Source of the DNA: Candidatus Nitrosotenuis sp.
GTDB lineage: Archaea; Thermoproteota; Nitrososphaeria; Nitrososphaerales; Nitrosopumilaceae
Assembly (NCBI GenBank): GCA_023252015.1
Contig: JAHEXS010000001.1
Coordinates: 1-33,356 of the forward strand
Reading direction: 5' to 3'
DNA length: 33,356 nt
The notes beneath the pieces are model-generated. The model did not search any database. It was not told the origin of the DNA and was given only the letters and a program-made list of their open reading frames with translations. The translations under genes were made by a program, and so were the position numbers. Position 1 is the stretch's first letter. Each line of letters opens with the position of its first letter. Positions 18,870 through 27,340 of this stretch are shown one piece after another.

Positions 18870-18948
18870 CCGTTTGCATCGACGTATCGAGTCCTTAAAA
18901 TCGTTTTGAACATGAAAGATTTTTTTATTGGCAGAACGTCACATTGTC

Positions 18949-19596
18949 ATGAACTCACTTTCAAAAAGAATTGACAATATCATAGAAGAAAAAAGCTTGC
19001 TAAAACACCCATTCTACCAAATGTGGAGCGATGGAAAACTATCGATTGACTCACTTGCTGGCTATTCCAAAGAATACTTTCAGATGGTAAAGGCAGTCCC
19101 GTCTTTTGTTGAGGCAATCGCATCTTTTGCCCCGGAATCACTGATTACTGAAATCAAAGAAAATCAGGCAGAAGAGGCAGAACACCTCAAACCCTGGGTT
19201 AACTTTGCAGTCTCCTTGGGAGTTAATCACACCGAAATTGTAAATTATGCGGGATTAGAGAAAACAAACCACGCAGTATCTGAACTGTCGCAGCTGATCA
19301 CAAATTTGGAAAGTGGTGCAGTGGCAATGTATGCGTTTGAAAAAGAGATTCCAAAAATTAGCCACACAAAACTGGACGGATTGGAAAAATTCTACAATAT
19401 CATTACCTGTGAGGCAACCGAATACTTTAGACTTCACATGGAGGCAGACATACGACATGCGCAAACCTGGCGAAACATCATCGATGCAATACCGCAAGAA
19501 AGACACGACGATCTAATCCAGGTAGCAGAAAAATCGCTGTCTGCGCAAAATCATCTGCTTGACAGCTGTTATGAAAGCTACTGCCAAGCTCTATAA
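18949..19596 (+). CDS. CADD/PqqC/TenA-like heme-oxygenase-fold dimetal protein (putative pABA synthase)
   Basis: HPFY..W, GYSKEY, EEAEH..W, YAFE..IP, TKLDGL, EYFRLHMEADIRH align by eye with Chlamydia CADD; ATG at 18949. Confidence 0.82.
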   Translation: MNSLSKRIDNIIEEKSLLKHPFYQMWSDGKLSIDSLAGYSKEYFQMVKAVPSFVEAIASFAPESLITEIKENQAEEAEHLKPWVNFAVSLGVNHTEIVNYAGLEKTNHAVSELSQLITNLESGAVAMYAFEKEIPKISHTKLDGLEKFYNIITCEATEYFRLHMEADIRHAQTWRNIIDAIPQERHDDLIQVAEKSLSAQNHLLDSCYESYCQAL

Positions 19597-19626
19597 CTTT
19601 TATACGCAAAAGAAATCTGTTTTTTG

Positions 19627-19700
19627 GGGCCCATAACTCAGCTTGGTAGAGTAACCGGCTCATAACCGGTGAGCCAAGGGATCGAAGCCCTTTGGGCCCA
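19627..19700 (+). tRNA. tRNA with CAT anticodon, most likely tRNA-Ile2 (agmatidine type)
   Basis: Acceptor GGGCCCA/TGGGCCC+A (archaeal Ile identity, not initiator A1:U72), anticodon arm ACCGG-CTCATAA-CCGGT, T-arm AAGGG-ATCGAAG-CCCTT. Confidence 0.88.
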
Positions 19701-20121
19701 TCTTTACATTACCAATGGACACCTTTTGAGGAAAATCTATTATCTTTTTAAGATTCTAGTGATCGTATTCCAGTTTCGAGTGATAACTTTTCGACCAATT
19801 CTTTTTCAAAAATGTTCATCAAATTAGTTGTTCGATATCTTGGTGAAAGGAAGAACACTACATACTTCGTTGGCTGAAACACACAAAATTTTGAAATTCT
19901 TCTCAGTCGACTCACAGGGAATTTTTAAACTGCTTTTCGGTTTTTCAGAGAGAAATGTGACGTAGAGCCTAGTTTGAGGAATAACTATAATTTTTTTTAA
20001 AAGGATCTGAATCTACCATTCCTGAATCTCTCCGATCGTACGTAGCATACCAACTTCGTGTCCAAATGTCTTTTTCAATTTTTTCGCTAGAACTCAAGAG
20101 TGAAAGACATGATACTGCAAA

Positions 20122-20712
20122 TCAGTCTTTTCTTGGCATTGTGGAAGGATATTCATGAGGAAGCATTACTCCTGCAAAAAATCCCATGACTACACCATAA
20201 AGTAGATGTAAGAATAAAGCTCCCCAAAGAATTCGATCAGTATTTGATAAAAGCCTCTTTATCGGTTCAATTTCATCTAATGTAAAACCATACTGTCCAG
20301 GATTCATCGTGATTTGTTCAACGATTGGAATCATTATGAAAAGATTGATTGGTAAGAAAAAAATTGCAAACACCTCAAGTCCTGTTACTCCTCCAGCAAA
20401 AATTCCTTTTTGAAAACTAGAGATGTGTAAGACTCTATGGAAAGTAGAACAGACAAAAAATACTGCACCAATTAATGCAGCCGTACCAATATGAACACAA
20501 AAACCAAAGACGATTGCGTCAATATTTTGCAGACCTACTAACAATCCTATCATTTTATAAAAAGTTCCACTTGGAACTCCTAGCTGCGAATCTATTCCCA
20601 TAAAGGATGAGGAAAGAGCCATTCCACCAACGATGCCTGCCATTGAACCCGATATTGCTTTTGATAAAATTTTTTTACTTGTTACGACTTGGTTCTCCTT
20701 ATCTGTATGCAT
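20122..20712 (-). CDS. Integral membrane protein with intramembrane His residues
   Basis: About four hydrophobic Gly-rich helices; GFCVHIGTAALIG and LFLHLLYGVVMG; ATG at 20712. Confidence 0.75.
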   Translation of the reverse strand: MHTDKENQVVTSKKILSKAISGSMAGIVGGMALSSSFMGIDSQLGVPSGTFYKMIGLLVGLQNIDAIVFGFCVHIGTAALIGAVFFVCSTFHRVLHISSFQKGIFAGGVTGLEVFAIFFLPINLFIMIPIVEQITMNPGQYGFTLDEIEPIKRLLSNTDRILWGALFLHLLYGVVMGFFAGVMLPHEYPSTMPRKD

Positions 20713-20913
20713 TCTCAAATTATACTAAGACAAATAGATGATAAGTATATTCCATAGTATATTAAAAATTTGTTTAATTTTTCTTATTTTATTACTAAAA
20801 TATAAGGCACTGGTAAATATGTTAGCGCAAAAAATTTAATACTATTTGCATCTTTTCATTCCGACTTCGCAAAAACCAATTTTACAGTTTTGATAACGCC
20901 GTCAATTGGTTTC

Positions 20914-21273
20914 TCATAACCGCGAAAACAAGTTTTGCATCTTTTCAGCAATTTTTGCTATCCCTTCTGGCGTTACTATCTTATCGACAGTCAAGTAAAC
21001 TGTGATCATGGGCAGGTATAAAACAAGTTGCTGCATCTTTCTCTTAGTACGTGCCTGTAGTCTGTCTTTCCAGAGGCTTGGTTAAAATGTTCACGCCTAC
21101 TTGGCCTTAAACCAACTTGATAGTAAAACATTATTCTATTTTCATCCGGCTCCATTGGTTCTGGTGAATGTGCAGACTGGTCAAGTAAAACATGGCCTTC
21201 GAGGTCTATCAAGCCAAGGCGTACACTGCGGATCAATCTTAAAAATTTCCTTTTGCTAATACTCTAACCTCAT
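20914..21273 (-). pseudogene. Frameshifted DUF6659-like (roadblock-like) gene
   Basis: Joining frames gives KEIFKIDP / VRLGLIDLEGHVL...FYYQVGL...EHFNQASGKTDYRHVLRE / MQQLVLYLPMITVYLTVD...FSRL*, the same architecture as the intact neighbour; frameshifts near 21250, 21230 and 21040. Confidence 0.65.
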
Positions 21274-21507
21274 TAGAAACCACCTCAACATGATTTCTTT
21301 AAAATAGAAATAACTGTTAATGAAGGAATTGACAAACTGGATTAATAAAAAATTTCTATGTTTTGGATCTGATGAGTCATATGGCACAGAAACCTATAAT
21401 TGGTTTTATTTGGTATTGCAATTCGACACAGTAAATTTTTTCCTAAAAACTAAATGTTTGTTAGCAAAAACAATCAGAATCTTTATTTTCTTCAATTTTT
21501 TATTAAT

Positions 21508-21918
21508 ATGACAATGTCTACAAATGAACAAATACTTGATGACGAGGGCAAACTCGTAAATCTAATAATGGAGGGAATCCCAAAAGCAAGATTTTCGTTA
21601 ATCTGTGATGAAAATGGAAAAGTTCTTTGGAACAGTCAAAGAAATAATACGAAACACTTGCTTTCTCTTGAAGAAACGAAAAAATCGTTAATAAGGGCCT
21701 TAGAAAGCTGGCATTTACGCGATGATTTGTCGCCAAAGATTGGAAAAGGTAGATACGCAGTAGCAGCTTATGAAAAGCTCACACGAGTAACTGTTCCACT
21801 CGCAAACGGCCACATGCTGTTAGTAAGTATTGAAGACGATTGGCGTATGCAGGGTCACATAAAAAGCATCCTGAACATTATAGAATGGATTCAAACACAT
21901 TCTTCAAAGCTTCACTAA
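21508..21918 (+). CDS. DUF6659-like thaumarchaeal protein (roadblock-like)
   Basis: RFSLICDENGK...R...LL...R..L...IGK.RY....YEK..RVTVPL..HMLLVSIE pattern of this AOA-expanded family; start 21508 or 21514. Confidence 0.7.
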   Translation: MTMSTNEQILDDEGKLVNLIMEGIPKARFSLICDENGKVLWNSQRNNTKHLLSLEETKKSLIRALESWHLRDDLSPKIGKGRYAVAAYEKLTRVTVPLANGHMLLVSIEDDWRMQGHIKSILNIIEWIQTHSSKLH

Positions 21919-22343
21919 TTTCGTTAGTGGTTTTACAGTATCTGCAACATGGATCACAATCGGGAAGAATAAGCAAAACTTACCTGACTCTAATTTCATA
22001 GTAAAAAAATTAATGGTGGTATTGTAAGACTCACATGGTTTTATGTCGTTGTTTAGCAGCTCTAGCAAACGAGCAAGTTCGTCTTTGTCCACACTTTCGA
22101 TTTTAGATTTTGCCCCTTCCTTACCGCAACTAAAAATCAATAATCAGGTAAAACACCTTCAAGTTCACAAGTTCACTTTAAAATAAAAATCTTAGAAGAT
22201 TAAAGATGTAAATGGATTTTTCCTAGTTTTTGCCAATGCCATGATTTATTAATAAATTCTATAGAATATACATGAAATGCCATCTGGTCAAAAATTAAGT
22301 ATTTATTCACCATTCGGGGCAAAACTAACTTTGTTATGAGAAA

Positions 22344-22922
22344 GTGAACTGTGCTGTGGAGAATTTGAATTCAACTAATAGAAAGACACGAAGTGTTAGC
22401 TATCGAACGGATACCAAGATCCTAGATGAAATAATGCGCGAATCTCGCATAAGAGAAACGTCCACCAATGTTCTAATTAACCAAATTCTGCGTAGATTCG
22501 TTGACTTTGATAGATATGAGCAGCGACTTGGAATCCTACCCTTCCCAAAGGAATTACTTTTTGTTGTGATGAAGAATTGGAAAGATAAAGACATAAAGTT
22601 TTTTGCAGAAGGAACCTTCAAGTTTATCAATGAAGCAGTAATACTAACTCATAAGAAGCAAGACCTTGCGGCATTTTTACTGGTATTAAAAGAGTATGTC
22701 AAGGTCGCTGGAATTGCATCTGATCATATCATGAAGGATGGTAAAGATGTTTTTGTTGTACAACATGATATGGGATTAAACTGTACTAAATTTACAAAGG
22801 AATTACTTGCCATAATATTTGAGAGATTAGCAGGCAAAAGAGTAGAATTTGAGCTAACCGAATCATCTGTTATAGCAACAGTCGAACTACCGGAAAGCGT
22901 TCACTCTAAACTTATTTTATGA
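22344..22922 (+). CDS. Putative transcription regulator with an N-terminal ribbon-helix-helix domain
   Basis: KTRSVSYRTD (beta ribbon), then ILDEIMRES and STNVLINQIL (Arc/CopG-like), followed by an uncharacterised domain ending VQHDMG; 10 nt upstream of the kinase gene. Confidence 0.65.
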   Translation: MNCAVENLNSTNRKTRSVSYRTDTKILDEIMRESRIRETSTNVLINQILRRFVDFDRYEQRLGILPFPKELLFVVMKNWKDKDIKFFAEGTFKFINEAVILTHKKQDLAAFLLVLKEYVKVAGIASDHIMKDGKDVFVVQHDMGLNCTKFTKELLAIIFERLAGKRVEFELTESSVIATVELPESVHSKLIL

Positions 22923-22932
22923 GGAACTAAAC

Positions 22933-24819
22933 ATGAAAAACCCCTTTGCAAGAAGTTTAAACACAGAATTAATAGCACTATTTGTAACAGTTTCGGTCAT
23001 ATCTATAGTGAGTGTTGCGGTTTTGAGTTTTATAGCCTCCCAAAACGCATTAGAAGTAAGGATAACAGAGCAATTGGAATCCGAGGCCAAGCACAGGACA
23101 CAGACCCTGAAGTATGTCTGGAATCTAAGACTTGATGAAATAAAGATTCTAGCAGCAAATCAAATAATTCAAAACATGCTAAGTGAATCCAACAAAAAAG
23201 AAAAAGGCGAAATCGTCGACGAGTCTGCGTTAAAAAAAATGGTAGATAATTTCATAAAACAAGAATGGCCAGAATTTACATCGTCAACTGGAGATGAGCA
23301 TTTTTACGACCTCGTCATTATTGACAAATCAGGTAAAGTAATTTCTTCCACAGACAAATCCGTAGAAGGAAAAGATTTCTCACAAGATCCCGACTTTGTT
23401 AGAGGAACGAAAGAATCATTTTATTATTTGGGAATGAACAAACAGAAAAAACAATCTACATTATTTATGGTAGTGCCTGTTGTTAATTCGAGAACAGAAG
23501 AGACGGAATCTATCGGTGTTATCATTGCTTCCAGAGATATGGCTCTTGCAAATAAAATAACAACAGATAGAACCAATTTGGGCAAAACAGGGGAAACATA
23601 CTTGGTTAATCATGATAAACTGATGCTTACGGATTCAAGATTCATTCAAAAAGCTGCGTTCTATCAAACAGTTGATACCTTACCTGTAAGGGAATGCATT
23701 GAAAATGGACAGGACCTCACTGGTGTTTATCCTGATTACAGAAGAATACCAGTTTTTGGAGCTTCGCACTGCGAGCAGGATCTTGGATTCGTATTTTTAG
23801 CTGAGATGGATGTATCTGAAACATACGCCCCTGTAGACGAACTTCAAAACCAGTATGTGATAATTGGTTCGATTACTGCCGTTATAGTTGCAATTTTATC
23901 TTTCTACATATCGTCTTCTATCTCAAAACCAATTGTGAAATTGACAGTCATAGCAGAGAAGATAAGTAAAGGTCATTTGGATACTGAAGTAGAAGAGCTA
24001 AAGTCAGAAAACGAAATCGGCAAGCTATTACATTCTTTTAAAATGATGATGTTGAATCTGCGACATCATATAGAAAAAGTAGAAAGTTTGAGTGAGGAGC
24101 TGAAAAGCGCAAACGAGGAACTAATGCAAATAGATAAGCTAAAGACTGAATTCATCAGCATTGCCTCACATGAACTTAAAAATCCAATTCAGCCAATTCT
24201 TGGATTTGCTTACCTCGCAAAGAGCGGGCAAATTCCGCATGATGAAGCATGGGATGGTGTTCTTCAGCACTCTCGTAGACTGAAAAAATTAGCAGGTGAT
24301 ATTCTTGATGTGAGTAGAATAGAAAGTGGCACACTTACCTATACGATGGAAAAAGTTAGAATCAACGACATAGTTCTCAACGTAGTAAATGCTGCAACTG
24401 TAAGTATAAGCAAAGATGTGGCGATTGAGGTTAATCTTGATAGAGAGAATGTGGAAATTGATGCAAGTAAAGATCGGATCACTCAGGTACTATCAAATGT
24501 AATTGACAACGCCATGAAGTTCACAAAAAAGGGCAGCATAAAGGTAGAAAGCTGCGCCTTTCCAAAGAAAAATTACGTAGAGATTAAGATTAGTGATACA
24601 GGTATTGGGATTGCAGAAGATATTCTTCCCAATTTATTCGGCAAGTTTGTATCAAGAAGTACGCAGGATGGATTTGATCGTGACACCGGTCTAGGACTGT
24701 TTATCGCCAAGGCAATTGTAACTGCTCACAACGGAAGAATCTCAGGTTATAATAACAAAGCAGGCGGAGCTACATTTCTGATTGAATTGCTAATTGATGC
24801 CAAACCTGAAATGCTCTAA
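22933..24819 (+). CDS. Membrane sensor histidine kinase (Cache-HAMP-HisKA-HATPase)
   Basis: Two TM helices flanking a Cache-like region (GKTGETYLVN, YPDYR.IPV.G), HAMP (PIVKL...EIGKL), ASHELKNP, NVIDNAMKF, DTGIGI, DTGLGL. Confidence 0.93.
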   Translation: MKNPFARSLNTELIALFVTVSVISIVSVAVLSFIASQNALEVRITEQLESEAKHRTQTLKYVWNLRLDEIKILAANQIIQNMLSESNKKEKGEIVDESALKKMVDNFIKQEWPEFTSSTGDEHFYDLVIIDKSGKVISSTDKSVEGKDFSQDPDFVRGTKESFYYLGMNKQKKQSTLFMVVPVVNSRTEETESIGVIIASRDMALANKITTDRTNLGKTGETYLVNHDKLMLTDSRFIQKAAFYQTVDTLPVRECIENGQDLTGVYPDYRRIPVFGASHCEQDLGFVFLAEMDVSETYAPVDELQNQYVIIGSITAVIVAILSFYISSSISKPIVKLTVIAEKISKGHLDTEVEELKSENEIGKLLHSFKMMMLNLRHHIEKVESLSEELKSANEELMQIDKLKTEFISIASHELKNPIQPILGFAYLAKSGQIPHDEAWDGVLQHSRRLKKLAGDILDVSRIESGTLTYTMEKVRINDIVLNVVNAATVSISKDVAIEVNLDRENVEIDASKDRITQVLSNVIDNAMKFTKKGSIKVESCAFPKKNYVEIKISDTGIGIAEDILPNLFGKFVSRSTQDGFDRDTGLGLFIAKAIVTAHNGRISGYNNKAGGATFLIELLIDAKPEML

Positions 24820-24840
24820 ACTTTGAATTTTTAATATTTT

Positions 24841-25272
24841 TCACTTGCTAGATCTTTTATTTGCAGTACCTGCATTGAGTCTTTCGTATGGCTCTTCTAT
24901 CTTGGCTATAAAATCTTCTAATTCAAATGGTTTTTCAATCAATTCTACTGAACTTTTTAACTCCTTTGCTAGCTCTAGGAGAGTTTCTCTCACATATGCG
25001 GAAGCAAATATTATTCTCTGTTTTGGATTTATTGCCAAGATTTGTTTTGCAACTTGCATACCGTCTTTGCCAGGCATCCTATAATCAAGGACGACAACAT
25101 CAAATTGTGAATCATTTGGTGTTTTTGGATTACTTTGTTTCCAAGCATCATTATATGCCTTCAAGCAATCCACCCCATCCTGCGTGGTTACAACCTGATG
25201 GCCTCTCTTTGATAACACAATCATGTATTGCATAGCCGTGTGTCGTACGTCTTCCGCTATCAATATTTTCAT
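24841..25272 (-). CDS. Stand-alone response regulator receiver (CheY-like)
   Basis: KILIAED, VVVLDYRMPGKDG (phosphoacceptor Asp), FASA, EKPF; no output domain. Confidence 0.93.
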   Translation of the reverse strand: MKILIAEDVRHTAMQYMIVLSKRGHQVVTTQDGVDCLKAYNDAWKQSNPKTPNDSQFDVVVLDYRMPGKDGMQVAKQILAINPKQRIIFASAYVRETLLELAKELKSSVELIEKPFELEDFIAKIEEPYERLNAGTANKRSSK

Positions 25273-25305
25273 GATGAAATACTTGATTCCATGTTAATTA
25301 ACGTA

Positions 25306-25357
25306 GTGAGTTCACTGAACGACAGTGAATCAATTCTTTGAATATTGATTCACTGAA
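25306..25357. promoter_or_regulatory. Nested inverted repeats (candidate operator) between the divergent receiver gene and phaE
   Basis: Perfect 12-bp IR CAGTGAATCAAT (25323-34) / ATTGATTCACTG (25344-55), overlapping 7-bp IR TTCACTG (25311-17) / CAGTGAA (25323-29), and GTGAgtTCAC (25306-15). Confidence 0.55.
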
Positions 25358-25406
25358 ACGCATTGCATACCTGCTTGTTAAGTATCACAGCTTTATGGTA
25401 ATCAAT

Positions 25407-25898
25407 ATGTCAAAACAAGTAGTCAAAATGCTAGATGCATCTCAGAAAAATAATTCTGTGTCTCATAAAATGGACAAGATATTATCAAAAGCGGACCATG
25501 AGAATATTGTAAAAGAAACCAAACTTATCGAAAATTCAAACGAAAATAATAATGATAAAATAACCTCAAGTGGATTTGAGTTCTTTACTAGACTTTCATA
25601 TTGTCAAGCGATGCTATACAAAACATGGGTTGAATCCTCAGACAAGGCATCAAGCATTCTTAGCTTGACAAAAAGCGATAACAAGAAAGAAATTACTTCA
25701 TTACATATTGGGATTTATGAAGATGCTTTTACCAACCTTTTCAAATCCTCTGAATATGCATCAAATTTAGGCAAGCTGCTAAATTCAGCGATGGACTATG
25801 TGAAGGTCTGGAAATTCCACACTGCGGCTCTTTCTAATGTTGCAGATCATAGTTCTGAAAACAACAACCAAGACACAACCAAGAATGAGGTTAACTAG
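25407..25898 (+). CDS. phaE: Class III PHA synthase subunit PhaE (short form)
   Basis: YKTWVESSDKA...YEDAFTNLFKSSEYASNLGKLLNS resembles the PhaE core; 3 nt upstream of phaC; ATG at 25407 lies about 23 nt after TTAAGTA. Confidence 0.65.
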   Translation: MSKQVVKMLDASQKNNSVSHKMDKILSKADHENIVKETKLIENSNENNNDKITSSGFEFFTRLSYCQAMLYKTWVESSDKASSILSLTKSDNKKEITSLHIGIYEDAFTNLFKSSEYASNLGKLLNSAMDYVKVWKFHTAALSNVADHSSENNNQDTTKNEVN

Positions 25899-25901
25899 AT
25901 C

Positions 25902-26978
25902 ATGATGGCAACAGAGGATAAACCAAGTGGAACAAATCTTGTTGATTTCCAACACCAAATGCTGGATCTTTACATGGGATCCTTGAAAGTCATGCCGATG
26001 CTGTCCAATTTACATGAAATTGTCATTGAAAACACGCCTTATGATGTTGTTTTTGAACTAGACAAAATTAAGTTGCTGCGCTACCGATCAACAAACCCAA
26101 GGTCACACAAGACGCCGCTTCTAATCGTATATGCTCTGATTAACAGACACTACATACTTGATTTGGAAAACCTGAGTGCAATTAGAAGCCTACTAAATGA
26201 GGGCTTTGATATCTACCTTATTGATTGGGGTACACCAGATGCTGAAGACTACAAGCTAACCATAAACGATTATGTAAATAGATACATGGACAATTGTGTT
26301 GATATTGTAAGAAAACTTTCCAACATAGAAAAGATATCGCTTTTTGGATATTGCATGGGTGGAACATTTTCTGCAATTTATACAACAATGCACACTGAAA
26401 AGGTAAAGAACCTGATAACTTTGGCTCCGCCAATTGATTGCAGCAAAGAAACAACTGTTTTTGGCGCCATATCAAAATTTCTTGATGTGGACAACATGGT
26501 TGATACACTTGGCAATATACCATCATCTTTTCAACATCTTTTCTTTACGATGCTAAAACCGTTTAAGCACTATGTTCAAAGATATTACGAAGTTTCTCAA
26601 AGGATTGATGATAAGGTCTATCTTGAGAATTTCATGAGACTTGAGAAATGGCTATGGGATACAGTACCTTTGCCCGGTGAGGTATTCAGACAATGGATCA
26701 AGGACATTTACCAGAAGAATCTGCTTGTTCAAAACAAATTACAAGTTGGAGGGCAGACAATAGATCTTCGTAAGATAGATGTGCCTCTTTTGAACATAGT
26801 TGCAGACTTGGATCACCTTGTTTCACCTGAATCAAGCAAGGCGTTGAATCAATTGGTCTCAAGCAAAGACAATACCAACATTGCTTTTCCTACTGGTCAT
26901 GTTGGACTTTGTGCTAGCACATTTGCGTTAAAGGAAGTGTGGCCAAAGGTGGCTCAATGGCTTGTAGCGAGGCAATGA
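25902..26978 (+). CDS. phaC: Class III poly(R)-hydroxyalkanoate synthase subunit PhaC
   Basis: TP..VV, PLLIVYALINRHYILDL, IDWG, lipase box GYCMGG, DHLV (Asp), GHVG (His); 358 aa. Confidence 0.93.
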   Translation: MMATEDKPSGTNLVDFQHQMLDLYMGSLKVMPMLSNLHEIVIENTPYDVVFELDKIKLLRYRSTNPRSHKTPLLIVYALINRHYILDLENLSAIRSLLNEGFDIYLIDWGTPDAEDYKLTINDYVNRYMDNCVDIVRKLSNIEKISLFGYCMGGTFSAIYTTMHTEKVKNLITLAPPIDCSKETTVFGAISKFLDVDNMVDTLGNIPSSFQHLFFTMLKPFKHYVQRYYEVSQRIDDKVYLENFMRLEKWLWDTVPLPGEVFRQWIKDIYQKNLLVQNKLQVGGQTIDLRKIDVPLLNIVADLDHLVSPESSKALNQLVSSKDNTNIAFPTGHVGLCASTFALKEVWPKVAQWLVARQ

Positions 26979-26979
26979 T

Positions 26980-27207
26980 ATGAGTTCATTCAAGTGCCCA
27001 GAGTGCAATAGATTTACGCAGAAATTTATTGCAACATTAGAAAATTCTTCTGAGAAATTTGATGATGTAATAGAATATTGCCATTTTTGTGACTTAGGTT
27101 TTTATCAGATATCTCCTACCAATTTTGAACCAGTCGAGATAGAGCAACCAGAAAGAATGTTTGCAAGTGTTGGATCATACCTTCATGAAAACGACCTGTC
27201 CATCTGA
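26980..27207 (+). CDS. Small Zn-ribbon-like protein
   Basis: CPEC...CHFC in 75 aa, starting 1 nt after the phaC stop. Confidence 0.6.
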   Translation: MSSFKCPECNRFTQKFIATLENSSEKFDDVIEYCHFCDLGFYQISPTNFEPVEIEQPERMFASVGSYLHENDLSI

Positions 27208-27340
27208 TTCATTAAAATATTGATCGGACAAAGAATTTATCTTAACGTTCTACAAACTTTTTAAGTTTTGAAAATTTAATTTGACCTAGAAAAAATCAAA
27301 GCGATTATACTGTGAATCAAAGATAACACCATGTCAAGTT

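Noticed and set aside
18777-18974. 65-aa plus-strand ORF
   Set aside because: Antisense overlap with tRNA-Glu; an artefact.
19627-19700. Initiator or elongator tRNA-Met
   Set aside because: Lacks A1:U72 and the three anticodon-stem G:C pairs; the GGGCCC acceptor stem fits archaeal Ile.
19701-20100. Short minus-strand reading frames after tRNA-Ile2
   Set aside because: Under about 45 aa with no recognisable motif; no integrase remnant could be identified.
20925-21041. Imperfect direct repeat aaaacaagtt..gcatcttt (20925-46 and 21020-41)
   Set aside because: Only two imperfect copies inside a pseudogene; not a CRISPR or iteron array.
21904-22140. 78-aa minus-strand ORF
   Set aside because: Weak start, overlaps the neighbouring gene's end, no family recognised; possibly a remnant but unsupported.
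25338-25406. N-terminal extension of PhaE from the TTG at 25338
   Set aside because: Overlaps the inverted repeats and TATA-like box; ATG at 25407 fits a leaderless start better.
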